A stretch of 64,000 nt of DNA from Acutalibacteraceae bacterium (GTDB taxonomy: Bacteria; Bacillota; Clostridia; Oscillospirales; Acutalibacteraceae): the NCBI GenBank assembly GCA_045539875.1, contig JAZQGF010000005.1, positions 46,341 through 110,340 on the forward strand. The letters run 5' to 3'. Every line of letters starts with the position of its first letter. Within the stretch, counting starts at the first letter, position 1. Below the pieces are notes generated by a model that ran no database searches, was not told where the DNA came from, and worked only from the letters and a program-made list of their open reading frames with translations. This document shows, in pieces, positions 1-9,794 of the stretch. Both the position numbers and the translations under genes were made by a program.

Positions 1-123
1 CAACGGTTCCCCAAAATCAAATATAAAAAGCGGATACTTTATTTATAATGTATCAATACGGGTGGCACCGCGGGTATAATAACTCGTCCCGGGAATTTCA
101 TTGGAAATTCCCGGGACTTTTTG
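1..123 (+). promoter_or_regulatory. T-box riboswitch leader (3' part): T-box antiterminator and terminator
   Basis: GGTGGCACCGCG at 61-72, followed by the hairpin GTCCCGGGAATTTC...GAAATTCCCGGGAC and a T run, directly upstream of aspS. Stem I and the specifier probably lie before the window. Confidence 0.9.
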
Positions 124-165
124 CATTATATATAATAGGTAAACACCTGATGGAGGTATGATAAA

Positions 166-2274
166 ATGTACAGAACTCATCGATGCAACGAAATAAGAGA
201 GAGCCACATCGGGCAGAGAATCGAGCTTGCCGGATGGGTAGATGTTATCCGTGACCACGGCGGCGTTCTTTTCGTTGACCTGCGCGATGAAACAGGCGTA
301 ACACAGGTTGTTGTTCACGACGAAAATCTCGTTAAGGGCATCAGCAAAGAAACGGTTATTTCCGTTTCGGGCGTTGTTACAAAGCGCGACGAAAGCACGG
401 TTAACCCCAAAATTGAAACCGGTCTTGTTGAGCTTGTTGCTGATAAGCTCGATGTTCTCGGCGTATGCAGCAGAGATCTTCCTTTTGAAATCGGTTCAAA
501 CGACACAAACGAAAACATTCGCCTTAAGCACAGATTCCTCGACCTGAGAAATCCCGAGCTTCACAAAAATATTCTTCTTCGTTCGAAGGTTATCGGCCAC
601 ATGAGAAAGCTCATGGAGGAGAGAGGTTTCCTTGATATTCAGACCCCAATCCTCACCGCATCCTCACCCGAAGGCGCAAGAGACTTCCTTGTTCCCAGCC
701 GTAAGCATCCGGGCAAGTTCTATGCTCTTCCGCAGGCACCTCAGCAGTTCAAGCAGCTGCTCATGGTTTCGGGCTTCGATAAATACTATCAGATTGCTCC
801 CTGCTTCAGAGATGAAGATGCCCGTGCCGACCGTTCACCCGGCGAATTCTATCAGCTCGACTTTGAAATGGCATTCTCAACTCAGGATGAAGTTCTTGAG
901 GTTTGCGAAAGCGTAGTAAGCGATATTTTCAAAACCTTCTCGGATAAGAAGGTCACAGAATCCCCCTTCAGACGCATTCCTTATGCCGAGGCAATGGCAA
1001 AATACGGTTCGGATAAGCCCGACCTTCGCAACCCCCTTATCATCTGCGACCTTACCGATATGTTCAAAAGAGTTCAGTTCAAGCCCTTTATGAATAAATT
1101 TGTAAGAGCAATCGTTGCACCCTGCAAAAACGAAAGATGGTTCTTTGATAAGTCACTTGCTTTTGCAACAAAGCAGGCAAAGATGGCAGGTCTTGCACAC
1201 ATCACTCTTCTTGATGCCGCAAACTACGGATTCAAGGATGACCCCATCAGCAAGGTTATGACCGAAGAAGAAAAGAGAGAAATCGTTGAGCTGACAGGCG
1301 TTAAGGAAGGAGAAACAATCTTCTTCATCTGCGATAACATCGCCGATGTTGCCGATAAGAACGCAGGCGTTATCCGCACATGGCTCGGCAATGAGCTTGA
1401 TCTCATAAAGAACGATTCATTTGAATTCTGTTTTGTTGTTGACTTCCCCATGTATGAGCGCGATGAAACAACAGATAAAATTATCTTTACTCACAACCCG
1501 TTCTCAATGCCTCAGGGCGGACTTGACGCACTTGAGAACATGGATCCCTGCGAGATTCTTGCATATCAGTATGACCTTGTCTGCAACGGCATCGAGCTTG
1601 CTTCGGGTGCTGTAAGAAACCACAGCCCCGAAATCATGCGCAAGGCATTTGAAATCGCAGGCTACAGCGAGGACGAGGTTGAAAGACGCTTCAGCGCTCT
1701 TTATAACGCATTCCAGTTCGGCGCACCTCCCCATGCAGGCATGGCACCCGGCGTTGACAGAATCATAATGCTTCTTGCAGACACCGAAACAATCAGAGAT
1801 GTTATTGCATTTCCGCTTGACGGCACAGCTCAGGACCAGATGCTCGGTGCACCCGGCGAAGTTACTGAGCTTCAGCTCTTTGAAGCAAATGTCAGCATAA
1901 GAGGCAAGGGCGGCAGCGTTGAGGTTGCAGGCGGCGAAAGCGACAATTCCGCATTCACCGCAACCGTTAACTCCGCAAAAGGCGGCGTTAAGACCAAGGA
2001 AGGCTGGCTCAAGGAGCTTGAAAGCGTAAATGAACTCAGCTTCACTGCCGACGAAAAGAAGAAAATGCAGAAGATTCTCGACATGATGGGTAAAAACGAA
2101 GCCGAGCTTGAAAAGACCGATACAGCAGATGTTGAGGCAATGGTTTATGTTATGCCCATGACCAATGTTCTCAGAAACGACGGCAGAAATCAGCCCTTTG
2201 CCCGTAAAGACCTGCTTGAAGGCGCTCCCCAGAGCACTGAGGACAGCTGGCAGGTTCCCAGACTCGTGAAGTGA
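166..2274 (+). CDS. aspS: Aspartate-tRNA(Asp/Asn) ligase with C-terminal GatC-like domain fused
   Basis: MYRTH start, RDHGG, EGARDFLVPSR, ALPQAPQQFKQLL, FRDED, PPHAGMAPGVDR. After a Gly/Ser linker there is a GatC-like tail (..TNVLRND..LLEGAP..QVPRLV). Confidence 0.95.
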   Translation: MYRTHRCNEIRESHIGQRIELAGWVDVIRDHGGVLFVDLRDETGVTQVVVHDENLVKGISKETVISVSGVVTKRDESTVNPKIETGLVELVADKLDVLGVCSRDLPFEIGSNDTNENIRLKHRFLDLRNPELHKNILLRSKVIGHMRKLMEERGFLDIQTPILTASSPEGARDFLVPSRKHPGKFYALPQAPQQFKQLLMVSGFDKYYQIAPCFRDEDARADRSPGEFYQLDFEMAFSTQDEVLEVCESVVSDIFKTFSDKKVTESPFRRIPYAEAMAKYGSDKPDLRNPLIICDLTDMFKRVQFKPFMNKFVRAIVAPCKNERWFFDKSLAFATKQAKMAGLAHITLLDAANYGFKDDPISKVMTEEEKREIVELTGVKEGETIFFICDNIADVADKNAGVIRTWLGNELDLIKNDSFEFCFVVDFPMYERDETTDKIIFTHNPFSMPQGGLDALENMDPCEILAYQYDLVCNGIELASGAVRNHSPEIMRKAFEIAGYSEDEVERRFSALYNAFQFGAPPHAGMAPGVDRIIMLLADTETIRDVIAFPLDGTAQDQMLGAPGEVTELQLFEANVSIRGKGGSVEVAGGESDNSAFTATVNSAKGGVKTKEGWLKELESVNELSFTADEKKKMQKILDMMGKNEAELEKTDTADVEAMVYVMPMTNVLRNDGRNQPFARKDLLEGAPQSTEDSWQVPRLVK

Positions 2275-2285
2275 GGTGCAGATAA

Positions 2286-3464
2286 ATGATTTATATTAAT
2301 GAAATAAATGCGGCAGGCAAAATTGCCGTAGACGATACAATCCTTGTAAAGGGTGCTCCTGCTACCGCAGGCTCAAAAATGCTTGAAAACTTCAAGCCTC
2401 TTTTCAGCGCAGAAGCCGTTGAAAGACTTGAAAAGGCAGGCTATGCAATCACAGGCAAAACAAATGTCGGCGAATTCGGTCTTGACCTTCTCGGCGAAAC
2501 CTCATATTTCGCACCCGAAACCGAAAACGGCAAGCTTGTAGGCGCAGCAGCATCGCTTGTTGCATCGGGCAAGGTTAAGGCAGCTCTCAATGTTGATCTT
2601 AACGGTGCACCCAGACGCGCAGCAGCCGTTTCGGGCGTTGATTTCATAAAGCCCACCTATGGCACTGTTTCACGCTACGGCATTATCGCATGTGCATGCT
2701 CAGGTGAACAGATAGGCGTTACCGCCGCAACCGCAGAGGATGCAAAGGAAATCCTCACCGTTATCGCAGGGCACGACAGCAAGGACGGCACAAGCCTCCC
2801 TGCCGAAAAATACGAATACTCAACAGACGAAGATGTTGCTGCAATGAAAATCTGCATCATCAAAGAGCTTTATGACGCCGCAAGTGCAAAGGTTAAGGCA
2901 AATATTGACGCATATGCAGAAGGTCTTAAGAAAAACGGTGCAGCGGTTGAAACCGTTTCGCTTGATATCGTTTCACAGGCACAGACCGCATGGCAGATTC
3001 TTATGGCAGCCGAAACCACTAACAATCTTTCAAGATTTGACGGCGTTAAATTCGGCTACAGAACTCCCGAATACAAAAATATTGACGAGCTTTATATCAA
3101 GAGCCGTTCTGAATCGATGGGCTTCCTCTCAAAGGCAACTATCATCTACGGTTCGGATGTTCTTGCAAAAGCAAAATACGAAAAATGCTACGATAAATCT
3201 CTCCGTATGCGCCGCATAGTATGCGACAAGGTCAGAGAAGCGCTCGCAAAATACGATGCAATTCTCTCCCCCGCATGCTCACAAACAGGCTATGCTCCTT
3301 ATGATACAGCAGATGCATTTGAAAAGGTTTTTGAAGAAAGTCTTTTCACTGCAATCCCCTCAATCACGGGTATGCCTGCAATGGTAACAAAGGGCGTTCA
3401 GCTTATCGCCGATTCATACAAAGAGAGCGTTCTTCTCAGCATCGCAAAAAGCGCGGAGGTGTAA
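2286..3464 (+). CDS. gatA: GatA-like amidase-family subunit, N-terminally short, catalytic triad degenerate
   Basis: GSKMLENF, GKTN.GEF, KPTYGTVSRYG, NNLSRFDGVKFGYR; lies between aspS-gatC and gatB. Confidence 0.9.
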   Translation: MIYINEINAAGKIAVDDTILVKGAPATAGSKMLENFKPLFSAEAVERLEKAGYAITGKTNVGEFGLDLLGETSYFAPETENGKLVGAAASLVASGKVKAALNVDLNGAPRRAAAVSGVDFIKPTYGTVSRYGIIACACSGEQIGVTAATAEDAKEILTVIAGHDSKDGTSLPAEKYEYSTDEDVAAMKICIIKELYDAASAKVKANIDAYAEGLKKNGAAVETVSLDIVSQAQTAWQILMAAETTNNLSRFDGVKFGYRTPEYKNIDELYIKSRSESMGFLSKATIIYGSDVLAKAKYEKCYDKSLRMRRIVCDKVREALAKYDAILSPACSQTGYAPYDTADAFEKVFEESLFTAIPSITGMPAMVTKGVQLIADSYKESVLLSIAKSAEV

Positions 3465-3467
3465 ATA

Positions 3468-4877
3468 ATGAAATACGAACTTGTTATAGGTTTGGAAACT
3501 CATGTTGAACTTTCCACCGATTCAAAGCTTTTCTGCTCCTGCGGCGGTCATTCAAGCCCCAAGGAGCCCAACGACTGTGTATGCCCTGCCTGCAGCGGCA
3601 TGCCCGGCATGCTCCCCGTAACAAACAAGCACGCAATCGAGCTTGCAGTCAAGGCAGGCTTCATGCTCAACTGCCATATCAATCAATACACAACCTTCGA
3701 TAAGAAGAGCTATTATTATCCCGACCTTCCCTGCGCTTATCAGATTACTCAGTGGTTCAACCCCATCTGCGTTAACGGCAGCGTTCAGATTGGCGACAGA
3801 ACAATCGGCATCAAGCAGATTCATGTTGAAGAGGACGCAGGCAAGCTTGTTCACGATGAAGCAACCAACACCTCTTTCGTTGACTTCAATCGCACCAGCG
3901 TTCCCCTTATTGAAATCGTAAGCAGACCCGATTTCCGTTCGTCGGACGAGGTTATCGCATATCTCAAGAAGCTCAAGTCAAGCCTTCAGTTTGCAGGCAT
4001 TTCCGAATGCGAAGAGGGCGCAATGAGATGCGATGTTAACATTTCGGTGCGTCCCGAAGGCTCAAACGAGCTGGGCGTTCGTTCCGAAATCAAAAACATG
4101 AGCTCGCTTTCCGAAATCAAGGATGCAATCGAGTTTGAAAAGGTCCGCCATGTTGACGCTATTGAGCGCCACACAGAAATGCTTGTTCAGGAAACTCGCC
4201 GCTGGGACGATGTTAAGCGCCGCACCTTCCCCATGCGTAACAAAGAAACCGCAGCGGACTACAGATATTTCCCCGACCCCAACCTCATGCCCATCGTCAT
4301 TGATGACGAATGGCTTGCAGAAATTAAGGCAAGCATGCCTGCAACTGCAGAGGAAAAGAGCAGCTACTACGAAGAAATGGGTATTGCTGCAAAAGAAGCA
4401 TCCGTTCTCGCTTCCGACAGAAAGCTTGCCGATATGTTTGATGCCGTTGTTGCAATGGGCAGAAGCCCCAAAACCGTTGCGAGCTGGATTCTCACCGAAT
4501 GCATGGGTCAGATGAAGCGTCTTGAACTCACATCTCTTGACATTGATGCCGCAAAGCTCGGCAGAATCATTGAGCTTGTTGAAAGCGGTGAAATCACCCG
4601 TGCCGCAGGCAAAAAGGTTCTTTCGGCAGTGTTTGAAAACGATGTTGATGTTGATAAATTCTGCGAAGAAAACAACCTTAATGCAAAGATTGACGACAGC
4701 TTCATTCTTGACACGGTCCGCCGTGTTATCGGAGAAAACGACAAGGCTGTTGCCGACTACAAGAGTGGCAAGGTCAAGGCTATGCAGTCAATCTTCGGCT
4801 GCATAATGAAGGAGCTTAAAGGCAACGGCGACCCCGCAGTTATCAGAGAGCTTCTTGAAAAGGAACTCAATAAATAA
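3468..4877 (+). CDS. gatB: Asp/Glu-tRNA amidotransferase subunit B
   Basis: IGLETHVEL, EEDAGK, PLIEIVS, RCDVNIS, EIKN, DYRYFPDP, YqeY-like tail. Confidence 0.97.
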   Translation: MKYELVIGLETHVELSTDSKLFCSCGGHSSPKEPNDCVCPACSGMPGMLPVTNKHAIELAVKAGFMLNCHINQYTTFDKKSYYYPDLPCAYQITQWFNPICVNGSVQIGDRTIGIKQIHVEEDAGKLVHDEATNTSFVDFNRTSVPLIEIVSRPDFRSSDEVIAYLKKLKSSLQFAGISECEEGAMRCDVNISVRPEGSNELGVRSEIKNMSSLSEIKDAIEFEKVRHVDAIERHTEMLVQETRRWDDVKRRTFPMRNKETAADYRYFPDPNLMPIVIDDEWLAEIKASMPATAEEKSSYYEEMGIAAKEASVLASDRKLADMFDAVVAMGRSPKTVASWILTECMGQMKRLELTSLDIDAAKLGRIIELVESGEITRAAGKKVLSAVFENDVDVDKFCEENNLNAKIDDSFILDTVRRVIGENDKAVADYKSGKVKAMQSIFGCIMKELKGNGDPAVIRELLEKELNK

Positions 4878-4883
4878 ATATTA

Positions 4884-4922
4884 ATATGCCGACACAAAAT
4901 CTGTGTCGGCATATTTTATTTT
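4884..4922 (+). terminator. Intrinsic terminator
   Basis: ATATGCCGACACA-aaatc-TGTGTCGGCATAT followed by Ts after gatB. Confidence 0.8.
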
Positions 4923-4991
4923 GAAAAGCTGTAGAAATATTCTGAATATATGTTATAATTATCAGTTGAATAAATCTTTCGGGAGAAAAAT

Positions 4992-6236
4992 ATGGACGCA
5001 AAAAATTTTAAACGCACAAAGCTCGCCTGCTACACAGCGTATTTCACCATGTCATCAGTCTTCAGTCTGCCGCCCGTCCTTTTTGCGGCTCTTCAAGACA
5101 TATACGGCATTTCTTACACTCTTCTCGGCACTCTTGTTCTGACAAATTTCTGCACACAAATGACGGTTGACCTTATTTTTACGGTCTTTTCAAAGCACTT
5201 TAATGTTAAAAAGGTCGTCAGAATCATGCCGCTGATAACATCGGCAGGACTGCTGATATATGCTCTTGTTCCGAATGCTTTTCCTCAGCATGCATATGTC
5301 GGTCTGCTTGTCGGAACGGTGCTTTTCTCGGTTTCGGCAGGTCTTTCGGAGGTCCTTCTCAGCCCTGTTATTGCTGCTATTCCATCGGATAACCCACAGA
5401 AAGACATGAGCCTTCTTCATTCACTCTATGCCTTCGGCGTTTTCACCGTTGTTGTTGTAAGCACCATGTTCCTCAGATTTTTCGGTACGGAAAACTGGAT
5501 GTGGCTCACAATTTTCTGGGCGGTGCTTCCCGTTGCGGCGGCATTTATGTTTATGCTTTCTCCCATGCCCGATATGGATGTTTCGTCCTCGGACGGAGGC
5601 GCAAAAGGAACCGGCAGAAGAACCCTTGCCCTTGCAATCTGCGTAGGCTCGATTTTCTTTGGCAGCTGCGCTGAAAACGCAATGTCAAACTGGGTTTCAA
5701 CCTACATGGAAAATGCACTTCAGGTTGATAAAACTCTTGGCGATATTCTCGGCATGGCGATGTTTGCAATTCTTCTGGGCATTGCAAGAATCTGCTATGC
5801 AAAATTCGGTAAAAACATTATGAGAGTTCTTCTCGCAGGAATGACCGGTGCGGTTGCTTGCTATCTTGTTGCCGGACTTTCAACAAATGTTGTTTTTGCT
5901 TTCGTCGCCTGCATTTTAACAGGTCTTTTCACCTCGATGCTTTGGCCCGGAACTCTTATTATGATGGAAGAAAATCTGCCCGGTCTCGGAGTTGCCGCAT
6001 ATGCCCTCATGGCGGCAAGCGGCGACCTCGGTGCATCCGTTGCACCCCAGCTTCTAGGAATTGTTGTTGATAAGGTTGCCGAAAGCAGCTTCGCAGCCGA
6101 ACTCAGTGCATCGCTGGGTCTTGCAGCCGAACAAATTGGTCTTAAGGCAGGAATGCTTGTAACGGCAATATTCCCCATTCTCGGCATAGGTGTACTTATA
6201 TTTGCAATGCATTACTTCAAGAAACAGAAAAACTGA
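4992..6236 (+). CDS. MFS transporter
   Basis: 414 aa, about 12 hydrophobic helices; upstream of a glycoside hydrolase. Confidence 0.85.
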   Translation: MDAKNFKRTKLACYTAYFTMSSVFSLPPVLFAALQDIYGISYTLLGTLVLTNFCTQMTVDLIFTVFSKHFNVKKVVRIMPLITSAGLLIYALVPNAFPQHAYVGLLVGTVLFSVSAGLSEVLLSPVIAAIPSDNPQKDMSLLHSLYAFGVFTVVVVSTMFLRFFGTENWMWLTIFWAVLPVAAAFMFMLSPMPDMDVSSSDGGAKGTGRRTLALAICVGSIFFGSCAENAMSNWVSTYMENALQVDKTLGDILGMAMFAILLGIARICYAKFGKNIMRVLLAGMTGAVACYLVAGLSTNVVFAFVACILTGLFTSMLWPGTLIMMEENLPGLGVAAYALMAASGDLGASVAPQLLGIVVDKVAESSFAAELSASLGLAAEQIGLKAGMLVTAIFPILGIGVLIFAMHYFKKQKN

Positions 6237-6247
6237 AGGAGTTTATT

Positions 6248-8647
6248 ATGGATAGTTTCTCAAAAAGATTTAAAATCGACTGCTCTCCCCTCGCACCCGA
6301 AAAGCAAACAATAACAAAAGGAAAAACAAGGCTCACGGTTATTACCCCATGCCTTCTGAGAGTTGAGGTTCAGAACGAAGGAAAATTCTGCGACGAGCCG
6401 ACCCAAAGCGTGTGGTTCCGCGACTTTTGCAAAACCGATTTTGAAGTCAAAGAATCAAACGGCATTATTGAAATCAAAACCTCGGGTACAAAATTCGTTT
6501 ATTCTCTTAAATCAAACAAGATGCTCCGCATTGAGCTGAGCGACGGAAGAACCGTTAAAAACTATAAATCCGGCAACCTCAAGGGCACTTGCAGAACTCT
6601 TGACATCACCGCAGGCATAATCAGACTCGGCGACGGCGTTTGCTCCAAAAACGGTGTTGCGATTCTTGATGACGGCGATACTCTTGCAATCAAGCCCGAC
6701 GGCTCAATTCTCCCTAAGGATAATAAGGGAAGCGATAAATATTATTTCGCTTACGGCAACGATTACATCGGCGCAACAACCGATTTATATAAGCTCACGG
6801 GCAAAGTGCCTCTCATTCCGAGATATGCCCTCTCCAACTGGTGGAGCAGGTACAAGGATTATTCACAGGCTGAATATCTCAGCCTTATGGATAAGTTCAA
6901 GGAAGAGGAAATTCCCATCACCGTTGCAACGGTTGATATGGACTGGCACTGGGTTAAAATCAAAGAGAAATTCGGCAAGGATGCTCACAAGGTTACAAAG
7001 CACCTGAATTTCATGGAATATGTTTATGATGTGTGGTCAGTCGGCTGGACGGGCTACAGTTTCAACACCGACCTTTTCCCCGATCCCGATGGCTTTATCA
7101 GAAAGCTCAAGGACGATAAATACCATGTCACCTTCAACATTCATCCGTCAATGGGCGTGCGCTGGTTTGAAAATCAGTATAAAGATATGTGCAAGGCTAT
7201 GGGTCAGAATCCCGATGAGAAAAAGCCTGTTAAATTTGACATAACCGATAAGACATTCACCGAAAATTATTTTGATATTCTTCACCATCCGTTTGAAAAA
7301 ATAGGAGTTGACTTCTGGTGGATTGACTGGCAGCAGGGTAAAAACACAAACACTCCGGGACTCGACCCCCTCTGGGCGCTTAACCACTATCATTTCCTTG
7401 ACAACGCAAAGGATAACCACAGACCTCTCATTCTTTCGCGTTTCTGCGGTGCAGGCAGCCAGAGATATCCCCTCGGCTTCAGCGGTGACACAACCCAGAC
7501 ATGGAAAAGCCTTGACTTCCAGCCGGGTTTTACCGCCACCGCGTCAAATGTTGCCTATCCGTGGTGGAGCCACGATATCGGTGGTCACTGCATGGGCAAA
7601 AGAGATGACGAGCTTTATCTGCGCTGGGTTCAGCTCGGAATTTTCAGCCCCGTTATGCGTCTGCACTCCACCAACAACGAATTTGCAGGCAAAGAGCCGT
7701 GGAAATTCAGCGGTCCCGTTGAAAAAATCGCAAAGGATGCGCTCCGCCTGCGTCATAAGCTCCTTCCCTATATCTATACAATGAATTACCGCACTCACAC
7801 GGAATGCAGAGCAATCTGCGAGCCGATGTATTATGCCTATCCCGAGGATAAGAGCGCATACGAATGCAAAAACGAATTCTTCTTCGGCACCGAGCTTATC
7901 GTTGCGCCGATAACGGAGCATACCTGCGAAAAGACCAACCTTGCAGGCGTGAATGTGTGGATTCCCGAGGGCAGATACACCGACATCTTCACAGGAAGAA
8001 TCTATAAAGGTAACAGATTCGTCAAGATGTACCGTGATATCGAAACAATACCCGTTCTTGCAAAAGAAGGCGCGATTATCCCCATGGATACCAACGACAG
8101 AACCAACGACTGCTCAAACCCCGAAAAGCTTGAGCTTTGGGTCTACAGAGGCAACAACACCTTTACTCTCTATGAGGACGACGGTGAAACCCTCTCATAT
8201 CAGAACGGAGAATACCTCAAAACCGCCTTCACCGTTGCCGAAAACGGAAACAAGGTCACATTCACAATCAAAAAAACGGAAGGCGACAGCTCCGTTGCTC
8301 CCGAAAAGAGAACATATTTTGTTAAGCTCAAGGATATAGCTAATGCGGATATTTCCGTCAGCATTAACGGTCAGAGTGCCGATACCGTAATCAGAAAAGG
8401 ACAGACTCTTGAAGTTGAAATTTCTGCAGAAAATTCGGCAACCGTTGAGATTGCCGCAGAAAACTGCGTGTATCTCACAAACGCAGACGAAAAAGAAGAG
8501 CTGACAAAGCTTATTTCAAAATTCCAGATGTCCACTGACCGCAAAGGAATGCTCTTCACCAAATTCGTCAAAGGCGGAAAATCCATGCCGAGCGTTTCCA
8601 AAGATTTCAGCGGTCCTATCGAAGAAATATTAAATTTGCACAGATAA
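6248..8647 (+). CDS. Glycoside hydrolase family 31 (TIM-barrel alpha-glycosidase)
   Basis: DMDWH, WWIDWQQG, GFSGDT, WSHDIGGH, MRLHS, YEDDG motifs. Confidence 0.9.
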   Translation: MDSFSKRFKIDCSPLAPEKQTITKGKTRLTVITPCLLRVEVQNEGKFCDEPTQSVWFRDFCKTDFEVKESNGIIEIKTSGTKFVYSLKSNKMLRIELSDGRTVKNYKSGNLKGTCRTLDITAGIIRLGDGVCSKNGVAILDDGDTLAIKPDGSILPKDNKGSDKYYFAYGNDYIGATTDLYKLTGKVPLIPRYALSNWWSRYKDYSQAEYLSLMDKFKEEEIPITVATVDMDWHWVKIKEKFGKDAHKVTKHLNFMEYVYDVWSVGWTGYSFNTDLFPDPDGFIRKLKDDKYHVTFNIHPSMGVRWFENQYKDMCKAMGQNPDEKKPVKFDITDKTFTENYFDILHHPFEKIGVDFWWIDWQQGKNTNTPGLDPLWALNHYHFLDNAKDNHRPLILSRFCGAGSQRYPLGFSGDTTQTWKSLDFQPGFTATASNVAYPWWSHDIGGHCMGKRDDELYLRWVQLGIFSPVMRLHSTNNEFAGKEPWKFSGPVEKIAKDALRLRHKLLPYIYTMNYRTHTECRAICEPMYYAYPEDKSAYECKNEFFFGTELIVAPITEHTCEKTNLAGVNVWIPEGRYTDIFTGRIYKGNRFVKMYRDIETIPVLAKEGAIIPMDTNDRTNDCSNPEKLELWVYRGNNTFTLYEDDGETLSYQNGEYLKTAFTVAENGNKVTFTIKKTEGDSSVAPEKRTYFVKLKDIANADISVSINGQSADTVIRKGQTLEVEISAENSATVEIAAENCVYLTNADEKEELTKLISKFQMSTDRKGMLFTKFVKGGKSMPSVSKDFSGPIEEILNLHR

Positions 8648-8656
8648 AATATATCT

Positions 8657-8680
8657 GTAGAGGCGATTCACGAATTGCCC
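8657..8680 (+). repeat. GTAG-type REP-like palindrome
   Basis: GTAGAGGCGATTCACGAATTGCCC; related copy at 37943-37966. Confidence 0.55.
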
Positions 8681-8691
8681 GCAAACAACGC

Positions 8692-8724
8692 AAAAAACCG
8701 GAGGTCAGCCGACCCCCGGTTTTT
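8692..8724. terminator. Bidirectional terminator
   Basis: AAAAAACCGGAGGTC..GACCCCCGGTTTTT between convergent genes. Confidence 0.75.
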
Positions 8725-8730
8725 AATTTT

Positions 8731-9675
8731 TTATAAGCTGTTAAGAATTCTGAGCACGCCTCTGAGCTCTTCGGGATTCATCTTATCAACAGGCTTATCG
8801 TTGATAACGCAGTCTGCAAAATAATGAATCTCGTTTGCGTATGCGTTGCTCTTGGGCAGATTTATTGAGCCTGTGTCGCCTTCTGCCTCCTGTGAAAGGT
8901 CAATTCTGGCATCGTTTCTTAAATAAATCATCATCTTTCCGTTCTCGTTTGAAACAACTGCTTCCTCAAACTGGAATCGGAATTCGGGCGTAAACGGATA
9001 GCAGGTTGCATACCATGAAGCTTCGGAATGAACCGAAAATTCACCGAAATCATATTCCAGGCTGATGAAATCCTTGTCGGGCAGCTTTGTGCGGCTCTGA
9101 TATTTAACCTCGGGCATTCCGAAAGCATAAACCATGAAATCAAGGTCATGGATATGAAGGTCAAACGGAACAAGACCGCTGCGCTTTTCATCCGCCATCC
9201 AGCCGTCCCAGCTCCATTGGGGGAAGCCGCCGAGCCTTATCATCGTGCCCGAAAGGAGCTTTCCGTATTTCTTGGTATCATAAATCTCTTTCAGCAGCTC
9301 GTATTCGGGCCAGAATCTGAGCACCTGAGCAACCATGAATTTAACGCCGTTTTTCTCCGCTGCCCCATAAACCCTGTCAACATCCTCTTCTTTAAGAGAA
9401 ATGGGCTTTTCACAGATAACATTGATTCCCTTTTCCATTGCCTTTACGGCAAAATCTGCGTGGAGATATGTCGGCAGACAGATATCAAGAATATCGAGCT
9501 GCTCATTTTCAAGCATCTCATCAAAATCGGTATAGCAGCGCTTGCCGCTGTATTTTTCCATTCTTTCCGGTCGGATATCGCAAAGAGCAATAAGCTCGGC
9601 ATTCTCCATTTCTTCCCATACGGGGATATGCGCGCCGCTTATTCCGCCGACGCCGACCAAGCCAACTTTAAGCAT
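8731..9675 (-). CDS. Gfo/Idh/MocA family oxidoreductase
   Basis: MLKVGLVGVGGI Rossmann start with GGAGG RBS; CEKP; DLHIHDLD. Confidence 0.92.
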   Translation of the reverse strand: MLKVGLVGVGGISGAHIPVWEEMENAELIALCDIRPERMEKYSGKRCYTDFDEMLENEQLDILDICLPTYLHADFAVKAMEKGINVICEKPISLKEEDVDRVYGAAEKNGVKFMVAQVLRFWPEYELLKEIYDTKKYGKLLSGTMIRLGGFPQWSWDGWMADEKRSGLVPFDLHIHDLDFMVYAFGMPEVKYQSRTKLPDKDFISLEYDFGEFSVHSEASWYATCYPFTPEFRFQFEEAVVSNENGKMMIYLRNDARIDLSQEAEGDTGSINLPKSNAYANEIHYFADCVINDKPVDKMNPEELRGVLRILNSL

Positions 9676-9794
9676 AATAATAACCTCCGTATTATAACTC
9701 CCGTTTATTTTAACACCGCAACTGCAATCCGTCAACTTTTTCCTTGAAAACATTTTATATATATGTTAGTATTCATGTGTAAGGAGGAGTAGAA

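Noticed and set aside
1-12. AAC at 2-4 as the T-box Asn specifier
   Set aside because: Stem I is not visible and the distance to the T-box is short, so it cannot be supported.
9028-9747. 239-aa plus-strand ORF
   Set aside because: Antisense shadow of the oxidoreductase, with no recognisable motifs.
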